From a virus, in the IMG/VR virus record IMGVR_UViG_3300027747_004524, positions 58,855 through 122,854 of that record: a stretch of 64,000 bases of DNA; one strand, written 5' to 3'. The notes beneath the pieces were generated by a model. It saw only the letters and a program-made list of their open reading frames with translations. It made no database searches and was not told the DNA's origin. Every line of letters begins with the position of its first letter. Within the stretch, counting starts at the first letter, position 1. A program made the position numbers and the translations under genes. Below are positions 17,432-26,302 of this stretch, one piece after another.

Positions 17432-18607
17432 ATGTGGTCCGCTATTTTTGCTTTTTTTGCTTCTTTGGTAGGCGTATGGGCAATATTTAAGTACGTACTT
17501 CTTATAGAAGTTAGAATAGACACTAATACTTTTAAGACTCTCTATGAGCTTTGCAAAGAAGAAAAAAAAATAATTCTTCATGAAGAGCTCACCATGGAGA
17601 ATAGGCATCCTGTGTCTTTTGCGGCATTCTGCTTTTTTAAGGGGGCCCCATGGTTCTACATAGACAGAAATGAACGACTCATGCAGGCCGGTTGGAATGG
17701 AAAAGATCATGTAACCAATGTTACCTGCCTTCGATGGAAATACAAACTTCTTAAGAACTACTTTAACCAAAAAATAAAAGACATGCAGCTAGAAGCTCTT
17801 GGTGTGCCTGTTGAGCTGATGCTTCCTTATGGGACTGATAAAATAGGTTCTATTAAGAAGAGTTATCCTGAGCCCGTTGTAGAAGATCATCTTTGGAAAG
17901 ACTTTGAAAAAGAAGTAGAAGAGGTTTCACAAGGTGCTAGAAACAAAACTAGTGCTTTGCTATATGGCTTGCCAGGTAACGGGAAAACTAGCTTTGTTAA
18001 GCATCTAGCAACAAAGCACAGGTTGCCGATAATGATTTTCACTTTAGACCCAGAATGGAACAATCATGATCTACTCCTGTTGTTTTCTCAGATACCTAAA
18101 AGATGTATTGTTTTATTTGAAGATTTTGATAATTATTTTGATAAAAGAAAATGTATCATGGGCGGTGAGAACAAGTTTGTTAAGTTTACCTTTGATATTA
18201 TATTGAATGGTCTAGATGGAGTTTATACAACTCATGAGAACGTAGTCTTTGTGATGACCGTTAATGATATATCTAAAGTTGATTCTGCTTTAAGAAACAG
18301 ACCTTCTCGCTTTAAGTACACAAGACATTTTGATAACCCCCCAATCGAAGTTAGGAAAAAAATTCTTCCTGATGATTGGGCAAATTCCACCGAAGGTCTA
18401 AACCTAGACCAAGTTTTTAGAATGGCAGAGTATAGAAAAAGAGGTCTCTCAGTTGTTGACTCTTTGAACATGTTGGAAAAGGAACTGAACAAAAGCGATA
18501 TAGAAGCTATAGCTTACGAACGTTTCAAGCACAGAGAATCACTATCCATAGAAGGATCTGCTGAAGAAGATTGGGATTACGCAATCGACTTTCTTAAATC
18601 AAAGTAA
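17432..18607 (+). CDS. Membrane-anchored AAA+ ATPase (BCS1-like) with a DUF2934-like C-terminus
   Basis: N-terminal TM helix; Walker A GLPGNGKT; Walker B LFEDFD; LNGLDGV; RPSRF arginine finger; IAYERF...GSAEEDW tail. Confidence 0.8.
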   Translation: MWSAIFAFFASLVGVWAIFKYVLLIEVRIDTNTFKTLYELCKEEKKIILHEELTMENRHPVSFAAFCFFKGAPWFYIDRNERLMQAGWNGKDHVTNVTCLRWKYKLLKNYFNQKIKDMQLEALGVPVELMLPYGTDKIGSIKKSYPEPVVEDHLWKDFEKEVEEVSQGARNKTSALLYGLPGNGKTSFVKHLATKHRLPIMIFTLDPEWNNHDLLLLFSQIPKRCIVLFEDFDNYFDKRKCIMGGENKFVKFTFDIILNGLDGVYTTHENVVFVMTVNDISKVDSALRNRPSRFKYTRHFDNPPIEVRKKILPDDWANSTEGLNLDQVFRMAEYRKRGLSVVDSLNMLEKELNKSDIEAIAYERFKHRESLSIEGSAEEDWDYAIDFLKSK

Positions 18608-19499
18608 AGTCTATGAATTGGGTTTCTAAAATTTCTCTGGGGAATAAAGCACCAGATGCCAGTTCTGGTGTTTCGCTGTTCTTCCATTTGGATTTAATTC
18701 TTCTAAGTATCTCTGGCGTGTGAGTAAAAAACATTTCTATTGGTTGAGTTGTTACATGTTCCTTTATAATGCTAAATCCTGACTCCCTTATTATTTTTTT
18801 GTAAAAACTGATTGGATCTAGAATTTTTAAAGTCCTCATCTCTTCCAGACCCATGGAAATAAGCTCCTCCTCAGTAAATACCAAATGCAGATAAGCTTTG
18901 TTTAACTGCTTGTAGATATGTGTTCCATGTCTGCTTGACCATGGATGAATTCTTAATATTACTTTTCCTGTTTGTGGTTTTTTAACGCTTTGTATCTTTG
19001 CTAGTTCTTCTTTTGGATTCTTCGTGTGATCTAATACGTCATTAACTAGAATTATGTCGAATGGGCCTAGCTTCTCTACATCTTCCCAATTGCTTGTAAG
19101 TGTGAGTTTGCTTGGTTTGTCGAAATGTTCCCATTCTTGGTTTTTTAAGTCATACCCGACTGATTGTTCTGCCTCTTGGTTTGCAACAACGTATGGTATG
19201 TGTCCCTCTCCACATCCAAAATCTAAAAAGCTTTTTTCTTTTAAGCTTTCTCCTATAAACTCCTCAACGATACCATTTGCTCTAGATATTTTGTCTTCTT
19301 CTGAATCTCCACATATTAGGTCTTTAGGAACTGCTTCTGGCCAAATGCCAGACTTCGAAAGCATCCTAAGCTCGGTAATCTCAGAAAGCTTGTCCACCGG
19401 TTCTGGTATTACTCTATTTTCTTCATCTAGAAGTGTTTTAAGAAAGTCACTTATGTGATTTAAGGCTCTTATATACTCTTTAATGTTTTTTTGGTTCAT
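18594..19499 (-). CDS. Class I SAM-dependent methyltransferase
   Basis: FLDFGCGEG, VGYD, FDIIL..DVLDH motifs. Confidence 0.8.
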   Translation of the reverse strand: MNQKNIKEYIRALNHISDFLKTLLDEENRVIPEPVDKLSEITELRMLSKSGIWPEAVPKDLICGDSEEDKISRANGIVEEFIGESLKEKSFLDFGCGEGHIPYVVANQEAEQSVGYDLKNQEWEHFDKPSKLTLTSNWEDVEKLGPFDIILVNDVLDHTKNPKEELAKIQSVKKPQTGKVILRIHPWSSRHGTHIYKQLNKAYLHLVFTEEELISMGLEEMRTLKILDPISFYKKIIRESGFSIIKEHVTTQPIEMFFTHTPEILRRIKSKWKNSETPELASGALFPREILETQFIDFTLI

Positions 19500-19543
19500 T
19501 TTTACTCTCTTATAATATAAGAGTTATCCTAATTAATTTACAT

Positions 19544-20326
19544 ATGGAAGATAAAAAGAATACTATATCTAGAACTATAGAAAGAAAACAGTTTGATGGC
19601 GACGTTGAGATAATAGTGCCTTTTTACGGCAAACACTCTAACGTAAGCAAATTGTTGCAATCTATATTTAACAGCATCCACTCTAACCGGTATCTTATTA
19701 CCTTGGTTGACGATGCTTCAAAGAACGACAACTACTACTCACAGATTCAGAAAGCAAATCTACCCGGCGTTAGAATTCTTAGAAAAACCACTAACGGTGG
19801 TTTTGGATCAGCCGTTAATTTTGCCCTAAAAAATCCATTTAAATTTTCTGAACCTGAAAGGGTAATTCCGTATGTTGTCATAATGCACTCAGACGTTTTG
19901 CCTTCTTCTAAAGACTGGCTTTTTAATTTAGGATCTTCTTTAGAGAGAATGAAGGCAGACGGTGTTAAGATGGTTTCTCCTCTTACCGACAATCCTGTGG
20001 ACCCAATAGAACGCTTGGTCTCTAAAACAATGAATCCGAATGAAGACGATTTTGTTTTAACAGAAGAAGAATTTTTACCAATGTATTGTTCTATATGCCA
20101 TAGAGACTTATTTAAGTATGTAAGTATTCCCGAGTTGCCGTCTCATGTTGGTTTAGAAGCAAAAGAGTTCGCTCAAGGAATGAGAGCTAGAGGCTTTTTT
20201 CAAGGAGTTTGTTGTAAGAGCTGGGTTCACCATGAAGGAGGATCGACATTAAAGCTGTTTGAGAAAAAAAGGCGTAGGCTCAATAATGTTGCCAAAAATC
20301 AAGGAACTGACGGCACAAACGTTTAA
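19544..20326 (+). CDS. Glycosyltransferase family 2
   Basis: IIVPFY, LVDDAS, NGGFGSAVN, HSDV, W..H.GG.T. Confidence 0.8.
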   Translation: MEDKKNTISRTIERKQFDGDVEIIVPFYGKHSNVSKLLQSIFNSIHSNRYLITLVDDASKNDNYYSQIQKANLPGVRILRKTTNGGFGSAVNFALKNPFKFSEPERVIPYVVIMHSDVLPSSKDWLFNLGSSLERMKADGVKMVSPLTDNPVDPIERLVSKTMNPNEDDFVLTEEEFLPMYCSICHRDLFKYVSIPELPSHVGLEAKEFAQGMRARGFFQGVCCKSWVHHEGGSTLKLFEKKRRRLNNVAKNQGTDGTNV

Positions 20327-20389
20327 TTCAGTTTCTATTTTTACTATATAATTTAGTAATGGATTATTCATTCAAGGAGGATTTTTTCA

Positions 20390-20545
20390 ATGAAATGCAA
20401 AAAACCAGACGGAACCTATACGGTAGCTTCTATGAAGTACTACTACCCACGTTGCAGTAGAATTCTTCAGTCTTTAGGCATTTGCAATGGTAAGGCTGGA
20501 GCATGGGTTGCAGCCGTAACTGTTTGTGCACAAAGACTCTTCTAA
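20390..20545 (+). CDS. 51-aa four-Cys peptide (not in the ORF track)
   Basis: AAGGAGG RBS; MKCKKPDGTYTVASMKYYYPRCSRILQSLGICNGKAGAWVAAVTVCAQRLF; TATAAT upstream and terminator downstream. Confidence 0.7.
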   Translation: MKCKKPDGTYTVASMKYYYPRCSRILQSLGICNGKAGAWVAAVTVCAQRLF

Positions 20546-20574
20546 TGTTTCATAAAATTTGAACACAAAAAAGG

Positions 20575-20606
20575 AGCCGCTGGGTAACCCCTGGCGGCTT
20601 TTTTTT
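20575..20606 (+). terminator. Intrinsic terminator
   Basis: AGCCGCTGGG...CCTGGCGGCT GC-rich stem plus T-tract. Confidence 0.75.
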
Positions 20607-20633
20607 GACAATTTTCTTTTTTCTTGGTACAAT
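20605..20633 (+). promoter_or_regulatory. Sigma70-like promoter for the csrA operon
   Basis: TTGACA-17-TACAAT with TG extension. Confidence 0.75.
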
Positions 20634-20674
20634 TTTTTTGTTCCGAAACTTTCTTTCAACATGAAAGGGACTTT

Positions 20675-20875
20675 ATGTTGGTGCTTAGCAGAAAAAAGAA
20701 TGAAAATATAGTTATTGGTGACGATGTAAAAGTTTATGTTGTAGACATTCGAGGCGACACTGTGAGGCTTGGCATAGTTGCACCCGACAATGTTCCGGTC
20801 CACAGAAACGAAGTTTACGAAGCAATCAAAGAACAACACTATGACCGCCCTTCAGCCCAAAGAAGAAGACATTAA
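20675..20875 (+). CDS. csrA: Carbon storage regulator CsrA
   Basis: MLVLSRKKNENIVIGDDVKVYVVDIRGDTVRLGIVAP..VPVHRNEVY. Confidence 0.95.
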   Translation: MLVLSRKKNENIVIGDDVKVYVVDIRGDTVRLGIVAPDNVPVHRNEVYEAIKEQHYDRPSAQRRRH

Positions 20876-21494
20876 GATTGTTTCTTTTTTAGAAAAAATT
20901 TCTGAAGAAGTAAGTTATCGCTTTTTTGGAAAGAAACTTTATTTAAGCATAAAGCCTAGGTTTGAAAAAAACCTGGGCTTTATGTCCTTAAACGATACAC
21001 TGTTTTTTGGGCCAAAGATTTTTTCTTTGACCCCCACACAGATTGTAATTGAAACTTTTCACGAGATGGTGCATCGTGAAAATGAAAAGAGAGGAAACAA
21101 GGACGTTGGAACAAACTGCTATCACAACAAGCATTTTCTTAAGGAATGCGTTCAACGTGGGTTTTTTGTTATAAAGCACAGAAATCAAGGTTGGTCATTG
21201 CTATCTCTTTTGCCACCTAGAAACGTAGTTGAAATCAATTCCCTAAAAAATCCAGAGAAAGTCACGAACACAGAAGCGAGCAAAGCGGTAAATGAGATTG
21301 TTGAAGAAATTTGTTGGAAATATTTTTACAACTGTAGGTCTTCTATTCCTTCAAAACGAGAATATACCTACAAGTATACATGCTCATGTCCTTCTCCATT
21401 CAATAGCATACGCTCAGGTCGTGGCCCAACTAGCATGAACCCACCTAAAATTGTGTGCATGGTATGTGGACAGATGTTTACCCCAGCTGAATAG
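20841..21494 (+). CDS. SprT-like zinc metalloprotease
   Basis: T.FHEMVH (HExxH), H...F, C-terminal Y.C.C...C..C zinc ribbon. Confidence 0.7.
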   Translation: MTALQPKEEDIKIVSFLEKISEEVSYRFFGKKLYLSIKPRFEKNLGFMSLNDTLFFGPKIFSLTPTQIVIETFHEMVHRENEKRGNKDVGTNCYHNKHFLKECVQRGFFVIKHRNQGWSLLSLLPPRNVVEINSLKNPEKVTNTEASKAVNEIVEEICWKYFYNCRSSIPSKREYTYKYTCSCPSPFNSIRSGRGPTSMNPPKIVCMVCGQMFTPAE

Positions 21495-21599
21495 GCAGAC
21501 TGGGCAAAATGGGAAGAAATGCCCTTTTTTGGGCGGTTTTACAACGCCAAAAACGCTGTTAAACTTAGGGCATCCCTCTACTTGGTGGCATGGTGCGTC

Positions 21600-22235
21600 G
21601 TGAGAATAATTTACCCCCCTAGACCTAAAGGCAGGATGCTTCCTTCCGATTTGCCTTCTTATGAGGCGACCGGTCAATGGGTTGCCCAAAGGAAGTTTAG
21701 GGGTTCTAGGATAGTAGTTTATATTGGCAAGGATAGGAGCATAACGGTAGGTTCAAGGCACGGCAAGCCTTTCGCAAATTTCGAATTTACTCCTCAGCAA
21801 AAAGATGAGCTAATTTCAACGTTGAACTTAGAAGAGGGAAAAGATTACTGGCTGGATGGGGAGCTTATGAACAAAGATGTAGGCTCCACAAAAGAGGTAA
21901 TATTTTTTGATATTCTTCAAGCGGGCAAGTACTTGTTCTATCGCCCAGCACAGATCGAGAGATTCCAGCTTTTAACCAACATTTGTAACTCTCCTTCAAA
22001 GTTGTGCAAGGCAGGGATTGCATTGGAAATCTCGAAAAACTTTTGGCTTGCTGAATTATTTGACAAGAATTTCGAAGACCGTTATAAAGAGAGCCTTCAA
22101 AATCCACAACTTGAGGGGTTGGTTCTTCGTAAAAAGAATGTTGGTCTAGACTTTACTGGAGAAAAGGAATACGAAACCTCTTCTCTTTTAAGGTGCAGGA
22201 AGCCCTTTTCTGAAGATAAGGGTTACGAGTTTTGA
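21600..22235 (+). CDS. ATP-dependent ligase, adenylation domain only
   Basis: Motif I QRKFRG, III WLDGEL, IIIa IFFDIL, IV LEGLVLR, V RCRK; GTG start; no OB domain follows. Confidence 0.7.
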   Translation: MRIIYPPRPKGRMLPSDLPSYEATGQWVAQRKFRGSRIVVYIGKDRSITVGSRHGKPFANFEFTPQQKDELISTLNLEEGKDYWLDGELMNKDVGSTKEVIFFDILQAGKYLFYRPAQIERFQLLTNICNSPSKLCKAGIALEISKNFWLAELFDKNFEDRYKESLQNPQLEGLVLRKKNVGLDFTGEKEYETSSLLRCRKPFSEDKGYEF

Positions 22236-22293
22236 AAAACTGATTGTTTTTTTTGTTTTCTTTTCTTCTTACTCGTGAAAAGGGATTTTTTCG

Positions 22294-23739
22294 ATGAAAA
22301 AAGCTAGTGGTGTCGAACAACTTCACGGCAACTTCTACAAAGTTCCATTTTCGTCAATTCTGACCCCAGATAAAACTGAAGATTCTAGCGACTACTCTTT
22401 CTCTAATCCTAGGCTGCTTACTCAGACCGGTCTTAACGCCCTTACTGATAAAAAAGTTTCTTCTGATCTGCGTGAAGATATCAAGAAAAGAACTCTTCTC
22501 ACAGCTTTAATTTGTAGATGGGTCGATCATAATGGAGAGCTAAGGCCACAGCTTGTTGGTGGCGACCGTAGATATAGAGCTTTGGATTACCTCATTAAAA
22601 GAAAAGAAGAGGTTGTTGATCCAAGAACTCAAGGTACTTCCAAAGCTACCGCAGATGTTGCATACGAGCACATCGTATGCCAGATCTTTTCTTGTGAAAC
22701 CGACTTGGATGCAGCAGTTCTGTCTTGGGCAGAAAACAAGAATAGAGTAGACTTAACAGAAGGTCATGAAATTGCTGCTGTCATGGAACTTAGAAAGTTC
22801 AATGTTCCTGATGATAGAATCTTAGAGGTTCTGCAAAAAGACTCTAAATGGTTAAAAGAGACGGATGATCTGATTGAATCTTTAGATCAAGAATCTTTGA
22901 ACCTTCTTTGTGAAGACAAGCTCAAAAGAGGAGCTGCCATTCACGTTGCAAAGATAGACGTAGAAAAGCGGCCAGCTGTTCTCAAGGCTGCTTTAGAAAG
23001 GTCCGAGGAAATCCACGATAGAAAAATCGAAGCCCTCGACAAGCAACTTGTTTCTGTTAACAAAAAGAAAGACAGAGCAGAGACAAAAAAGGTAATAGCT
23101 GAAGGCTGTGGCGATAAAAAGCTTCTGGAAAGAGCACAAAAAGTCCTCAATAGGTCTGAGGAAAGAGAAAAAGAAATAGCAGAAAAGCGTTCTAAGTCAA
23201 AGCCAATAGCCTCCAAAAAAATGGTAGAGGTTGCTTGTAAGGAGGTTGGCGTTGATGTTGATGAGTCCAAAAAAGCCGGGAAGAAATCCATCAGAAAGGT
23301 CATGGATCAAATTCAAGAAATAATTGAGAAAGAAGGCGAAATCTCCTTCCTGGAAGGCGAGAGCATCTTTCTTGATGTAACTTTCCTTGAGTTGATCAAG
23401 ATGGTTTTGGACAAGCACGCTTTGAACGACTCCATAGACTTTGCAGAAACTTTGTCTGAGTGGCGAGATCTCTTTCCAGAAGAAGGTTCCGTTGCTACAG
23501 AAGATGAGGAAGAAGAAGATCAAGACGAGGAAGAATCTTCTTTGACCGATCAAGACAATGAAGATGAAGACGAAGATGAAGACAAAGATGAAGACAAAGA
23601 TGAAGACGAAGATGAAGATAATGAAGACGAAGAAGACGAAGGTGGAGACGATCAAGCTGTAGAAGACAACTATTCTGAGGATAATTATCCTGAGGATTGC
23701 GACTTCTATAATGAAGAAGACTCAGAAGACGATGACTGA
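22294..23739 (+). CDS. ParB/Srx-like N-terminal domain protein with coiled coil and acidic tail
   Basis: QLVGGDRRYRAL (GxRR box), EN..R.DL...EIA; C-terminal roughly 80 aa dominated by D/E. Confidence 0.7.
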   Translation: MKKASGVEQLHGNFYKVPFSSILTPDKTEDSSDYSFSNPRLLTQTGLNALTDKKVSSDLREDIKKRTLLTALICRWVDHNGELRPQLVGGDRRYRALDYLIKRKEEVVDPRTQGTSKATADVAYEHIVCQIFSCETDLDAAVLSWAENKNRVDLTEGHEIAAVMELRKFNVPDDRILEVLQKDSKWLKETDDLIESLDQESLNLLCEDKLKRGAAIHVAKIDVEKRPAVLKAALERSEEIHDRKIEALDKQLVSVNKKKDRAETKKVIAEGCGDKKLLERAQKVLNRSEEREKEIAEKRSKSKPIASKKMVEVACKEVGVDVDESKKAGKKSIRKVMDQIQEIIEKEGEISFLEGESIFLDVTFLELIKMVLDKHALNDSIDFAETLSEWRDLFPEEGSVATEDEEEEDQDEEESSLTDQDNEDEDEDEDKDEDKDEDEDEDNEDEEDEGGDDQAVEDNYSEDNYPEDCDFYNEEDSEDDD

Positions 23740-23762
23740 GTAAAAAATAGTCATATAATTTG

Positions 23763-23806
23763 GAAAAAAAGAAGGGGTGGTAGGCTAACGCTTACCGCCC
23801 CTTCTT
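23763..23806. terminator. Intrinsic terminator-like hairpin
   Basis: AAGAAGGGGTGGTAGGC-TAAC-GCTTACCGCCCCTTCTT with flanking A-tract. Confidence 0.7.
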
Positions 23807-23820
23807 GCATAAATAGTTAT

Positions 23821-24111
23821 ATGATTAGTTTATGTCCAAACTGTGGGCACAAGTTGAGCAAAGAGCTTTTAGACGGTATTACACAATGCTGTCATTGCAA
23901 CAGGGTAGTGTCTACTACCATTCTAAACGAGCTGCTCTCGGCAGCATGGGACGCCCGTAAAAACGACCTTTCAGCGGAAGCCATCCAATGGCAGACCAAA
24001 CTTGACAAAGATTTTTCTAATTTGGTTTATTATTTCATTTGCGTTCTTGGCTACTCTCACGATGAGTTTTTAAATCTCATGCGAAAATTCCACCTAATAA
24101 ACAAATCCTGA
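23821..24111 (+). CDS. Zinc-ribbon protein
   Basis: CPNCG...CCHC; CATAAATA 5 nt upstream. Confidence 0.65.
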   Translation: MISLCPNCGHKLSKELLDGITQCCHCNRVVSTTILNELLSAAWDARKNDLSAEAIQWQTKLDKDFSNLVYYFICVLGYSHDEFLNLMRKFHLINKS

Positions 24112-24132
24112 AAAAAAATTTAAAAAATGGGT

Positions 24133-24160
24133 TTGCGAAAAAGATTTTTTCTGCTATACT
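24133..24160 (+). promoter_or_regulatory. Sigma70-like promoter
   Basis: TTGCGA-16-TATACT with TG extension. Confidence 0.55.
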
Positions 24161-24205
24161 GAATCCGTTGGTTCGGTTCCTTTTTAGCAAGAAAGGCTTT
24201 AAGCT

Positions 24206-24421
24206 ATGGCTAGAGTTAAGAAAGAGACCCAGGAAAAAGTTTCTGCAATTATGAAGGAGGCTTCTTTTATCTGGCAAGAGATTCACCCGAAGCTCGACCA
24301 GATTCAGAAGCAGTTCAACGAGATTGGTGATGGAGCAACCACCAGAAACAAGAAGCTTGAAAGAGTAATCAAATACTTTTCGAACTTTGTTGGTGATTCC
24401 AAGACTCCTTCCAACGACTGA
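24206..24421 (+). CDS. Hypothetical protein
   Basis: 71-aa ORF downstream of a promoter; host-like codon choice. Confidence 0.6.
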   Translation: MARVKKETQEKVSAIMKEASFIWQEIHPKLDQIQKQFNEIGDGATTRNKKLERVIKYFSNFVGDSKTPSND

Positions 24422-24430
24422 GGTGATAAG

Positions 24431-24925
24431 ATGCCCAAGGGCAAAAAAACATGTCCTGAATGCGGCATCGAGAGCGGTGTCCGTACCTCTACATGTGGGT
24501 GCGGACACCGCTTTTCTTTCAAACAACCTTCTGTGGATCAATCTCAAAAAGCTATCCACACAGCAAATACTGGTGTAAACATCGGTGCAAATACTGCTGT
24601 AAAGGTAGAACAAACAATAGTTGAAAGACCCGCACAAAGTCCTAGGCTATTCTCTTCTATCTCTTGTCCGCTTGTTCAAACCCCAGCAGGAAGATGTCCT
24701 ACAAAGCCACAGGGCTTCATTAAAAAGGACTGGCCCGATGGACCCGCTACCACTGAGGCTGTTGAGTCTTGGGCACTCAAAGTCTTTTCTAGCGGCAACT
24801 ACCTCCCAGATGCAGTCATATACTGGATTCATGAGTTTTGGGACATGAATCTTAATTATGGCGAAGAATACAAGAGAGTAAAATCAATTGTTCTAAGAAC
24901 TTTGTGCGGAAGTCAACAAGAATAA
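24431..24925 (+). CDS. Zinc-ribbon protein
   Basis: KTCPECG....VRT.TC.CGH.F; GAGGT RBS. Confidence 0.7.
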   Translation: MPKGKKTCPECGIESGVRTSTCGCGHRFSFKQPSVDQSQKAIHTANTGVNIGANTAVKVEQTIVERPAQSPRLFSSISCPLVQTPAGRCPTKPQGFIKKDWPDGPATTEAVESWALKVFSSGNYLPDAVIYWIHEFWDMNLNYGEEYKRVKSIVLRTLCGSQQE

Positions 24926-25135
24926 TTATACATTCTTTGTTACTTCTTTGCTATCAGATCTAATATCCGATCTACTTGATAGCTCACTTCTTAGTACTGT
25001 GATTTCTTTGTCTGCTTCTATTCCAACTCTTACTTTATTCTTATTGTCTATTCTAACAATAGTTATCTTGATATCGTCCATATTTGGACCTCTTAAGATA
25101 ATTGTCTCGTCTTTCTTTCTGCTCAGAACTAACAT
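24926..25135 (-). CDS. csrA: Second, divergent CsrA-family protein
   Basis: MLVLSRKKDETIIL....DIKITIVRID..KVRVGIEA.KEITVLRSEL; AGGAG RBS. Confidence 0.85.
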   Translation of the reverse strand: MLVLSRKKDETIILRGPNMDDIKITIVRIDNKNKVRVGIEADKEITVLRSELSSRSDIRSDSKEVTKNV

Positions 25136-25279
25136 CCTATTTCTCCTTTTCTTTTTCAAGCAGCTAATCTAAATTTTGCTTTAGCACATAAACCCTTTGT
25201 TTGTTTGTGCTTAGTCCTAAATCAATATAGTGGCAGGCTTTTATTTTTCACCTGTTCGCAAAAAAAAATAAACCTTGGT

Positions 25280-25308
25280 TTTACAATCCTACTTTTTTGG
25301 CGTACACT
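25280..25308 (+). promoter_or_regulatory. Sigma70-like promoter
   Basis: TTTACA-17-TACACT. Confidence 0.55.
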
Positions 25309-25394
25309 TCTTATAGAGACAAAAGACTTTGAGTAAAAAGCCCTTGCTCAAAGATTCTTTTTGAAAATAGAAGGGCTTTTTGGGAGATTGAAAC

Positions 25395-25844
25395 ATGCCT
25401 GCTAAAGGTTTTTCGTCCCTTGAAAAGAAGCTTCAGAAGACGGCCACTAGTCTTGAAGAACTTTTCAATGCCCTTGGCGATTTCGTCTCTGTCAACTTTG
25501 AAAGAGTGACAGATACGGTGGTCAAGGCCGGTAATAAGAAGGTTGTTCGTAAGGCCGCGAAGAAGGCTAAGGTTCAAAAGACCACCAAGGCCAAATCTTC
25601 GGGAACCAAGAGAGGCCGTCGTGCCGGTGGTGGTTTAAAGGAAGCACTTGTTGAAATCTGCTCTGAGGCTGGTAGTCCGCTTACTGAAGCGGAGATTGCT
25701 ACCAAACTCTTGGCCGATCAAACCAAGTACAAGTGGAACAAGAATGAAAGCACTCTCTATCAGACCCTTCGCAGGGCCGTCAAAGAGAAGCTGATTTCTG
25801 ATTCTGGTAGAGATAAGAACTCCAAGACCTATCAGGTCGCTTAA
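25395..25844 (+). CDS. Lys-rich winged-helix DNA-binding protein
   Basis: K/A-rich linker then LKEALVEIC.EAGSPLT..EIA.KL wHTH-like pattern. Confidence 0.65.
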   Translation: MPAKGFSSLEKKLQKTATSLEELFNALGDFVSVNFERVTDTVVKAGNKKVVRKAAKKAKVQKTTKAKSSGTKRGRRAGGGLKEALVEICSEAGSPLTEAEIATKLLADQTKYKWNKNESTLYQTLRRAVKEKLISDSGRDKNSKTYQVA

Positions 25845-25852
25845 AGAAAGGA

Positions 25853-26245
25853 ATGGTGGCATCTATGGCCGTTGCAGAAAAGTCTGGTAAAAGCAAGCCG
25901 AGCAAGGCTAGTATTGCTCGTGACTTCATGAAGAAGATCGGAGCATTCACCAAGAATCCACCCGAGAATTGGGTGGAGAAGGTTGAAGGACACTTGAAGG
26001 ACCAAGGTTTTTCCTTACCGGCTTCAAGCAGGGTCCAGATCTATGCCATTAAGAGCAAAGCAATGAAGAAAAGCTCGAAAAGTTCGAGCAAAACTTCTGC
26101 CAAAGCTTCTAAGAAGAAACATACCGGAAGTTTGCAGAAAGTGTCCATATCGGACCTGTCTGCTGCTAAAAAGTATGCCTCTTCTAATGGTGGCGTAGAG
26201 AAGTGCATTGATATCTTTAAGGCACTTCAGCTGCTTTCGAAATAA
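25853..26245 (+). CDS. Lys/Ser-rich basic hypothetical protein
   Basis: 130-aa basic ORF followed by a terminator. Confidence 0.65.
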   Translation: MVASMAVAEKSGKSKPSKASIARDFMKKIGAFTKNPPENWVEKVEGHLKDQGFSLPASSRVQIYAIKSKAMKKSSKSSSKTSAKASKKKHTGSLQKVSISDLSAAKKYASSNGGVEKCIDIFKALQLLSK

Positions 26246-26270
26246 GCTTTAATCAGCTTCTTTAAAAGAG

Positions 26271-26302
26271 AACCCTGCTGAGCTTGCTCAGCAGGGTTTT
26301 TT
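26271..26302 (+). terminator. Intrinsic terminator
   Basis: AACCCTGCTGAG-CTTG-CTCAGCAGGGTT plus T-tract. Confidence 0.9.

Noticed and set aside
22941-23655. Minus-strand ORFs, including the FVFIFVFI hydrophobic repeat
   Set aside because: Antisense of the acidic and charged tail of the ParB-like gene
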